Below are positions 62,920 through 64,000 of a DNA stretch of 64,000 nucleotides, piece by piece (position 1 is the stretch's first letter; each line of letters starts with the position of its first letter). The notes under the pieces were generated by a model. That model ran no database searches, was not told the origin of the DNA, and was given only the letters and a program-made list of their open reading frames with translations. The translations under genes and the position numbers were made by a program. The DNA comes from Felis catus (taxonomy: Eukaryota): assembly GCF_018350175.1 (NCBI RefSeq), contig NC_058368.1, forward strand, positions 72,852,001 to 72,916,000, in the 5' to 3' direction.

Positions 62920-63790
62920 TCCTATAAATTCACTGGATGCATCAGTTCCTTTATCCAGTTTCAATAACCTTCCATGTATGGAAGCCAAGAAACCTGGATT
63001 TAACCTTGATGACTTCTTATCTCTCAATGCTTACACCTAATGCATCAACAATTTTGTCTACTCTACCCTCGAATATATCAGAACTACTTAATCATCACCC
63101 TCGTGGCTACCCCTCTGGTCCTAACTTCCACCGTCTTTGATCTGGATTGCTAAAGAAGGTTCCTATTTTCACCTTATTCTCCTTTAGTCTTTTTTCCACC
63201 CTGCAGCCTTTCAACAGCTGAGAAGATTGCGAGTCTTTTGTTGGAAACCATGAAATGGACAAAATAGTTTTCTATTTCACTCAGTGTAAAAGCCAGTTCC
63301 TATAATGGCCTTAAAGGCTTCTGAAGATCAGTGTGTCCTACTCTCATAGTTCAAATCCTACTTTTCTACCTCTCTTTTCTCCAGTAACGGTACTCATTGT
63401 TTATATAACTCATATCACATCTCGAAGCCATTGCTCAGAACATTCTCTCATTCAAGACTGTTCCTTCCACTTACCCGCAAGGTGAGCTCCTTCATGACTT
63501 TCAAACGTTCACTCAAATATCATCTTCCCAGTGAGGCTTACCATATTGAAAACCGCAACTTTCCCACACATTCCCAACTGCTTGCTCTGTTCCATTCTTT
63601 TCCCTTTCCACTCATCATCTTCAAATATATTCTATACTTTTCTTATTTATTGTGAGTGTTCTTGCCCCATTAGACTATAAACTCCATGTTGATAGGATTC
63701 TTTGGTCTACTTGGGTTCACAGATATATCTTTAGCACCAAGAATTATTTGTCAGGAAGTGTTTGCTGACAAAAAAAAATAGTAAGTGAAG
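62920..63790 (+). mobile_element. L2 fragment
   Basis: 'aagccaagaaacctgga...tagactataaactccatg...tctttagcaccaagaa'. Confidence 0.7.
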
Positions 63791-64000
63791 GAATATCGTT
63801 TTTCTTTCTTTTTTCCATTTAACTTTCCTACTAACAAGCATTTTTAGTTTCATACTTTCATGTTCTAATAGGCATTCAGGAAGAAAAAAATTATAGACTA
63901 GTAATTAAAATGACTTGTGTTACCTGCTGATTATTTCAAGAGAGGGCATGAAATTAAGGCTGGCTCAAACACGGAGTGGAAAATATCATCATAATAATGG

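Noticed and set aside
1..64000. Prokaryote-style systems (operons, CRISPR arrays, defence islands)
   Set aside because: The sequence is mammalian and repeat-rich; there are no regular repeat-spacer arrays or dense ORFs

Overview
This is mammalian nuclear DNA, almost certainly from a felid, judged from Felidae-type CAN-SINE and carnivore L1 sequences. It reads as an AT-rich intronic or intergenic region. I found no recognisable cellular protein-coding gene, tRNA/rRNA gene or CRISPR array. The only recognisable protein remnants are L1 ORF2 pieces and a hAT transposase tail; the other ORF-track entries look like chance or repeat-derived frames. The window is a layered record of transposable elements: about 22 CAN-SINEs, young and old L1 fragments, L2/MIR, MaLR/ERVL LTRs, one young CpG-rich solo ERV LTR, MER-type DNA transposon fossils and many microsatellites. 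Repeat family names come from recalled consensus sequences, not from a search, so boundaries of the old elements are approximate. Best second-look items: (1) an old local duplication whose two copies each contain an AG...GT-bounded, 36-nt, phase-0-open micro-exon-like core (6270-6305, 7497-7532); (2) three successive retrotransposon insertions into one target site (33785-34734); (3) a SINE with a ~106-nt purine tract inside its TSDs; (4) two twin-primed L1 inversions; (5) the young solo LTR with CCAAT, ETS and kB-like motifs. I cannot support a claim of a new biological system from this sequence.
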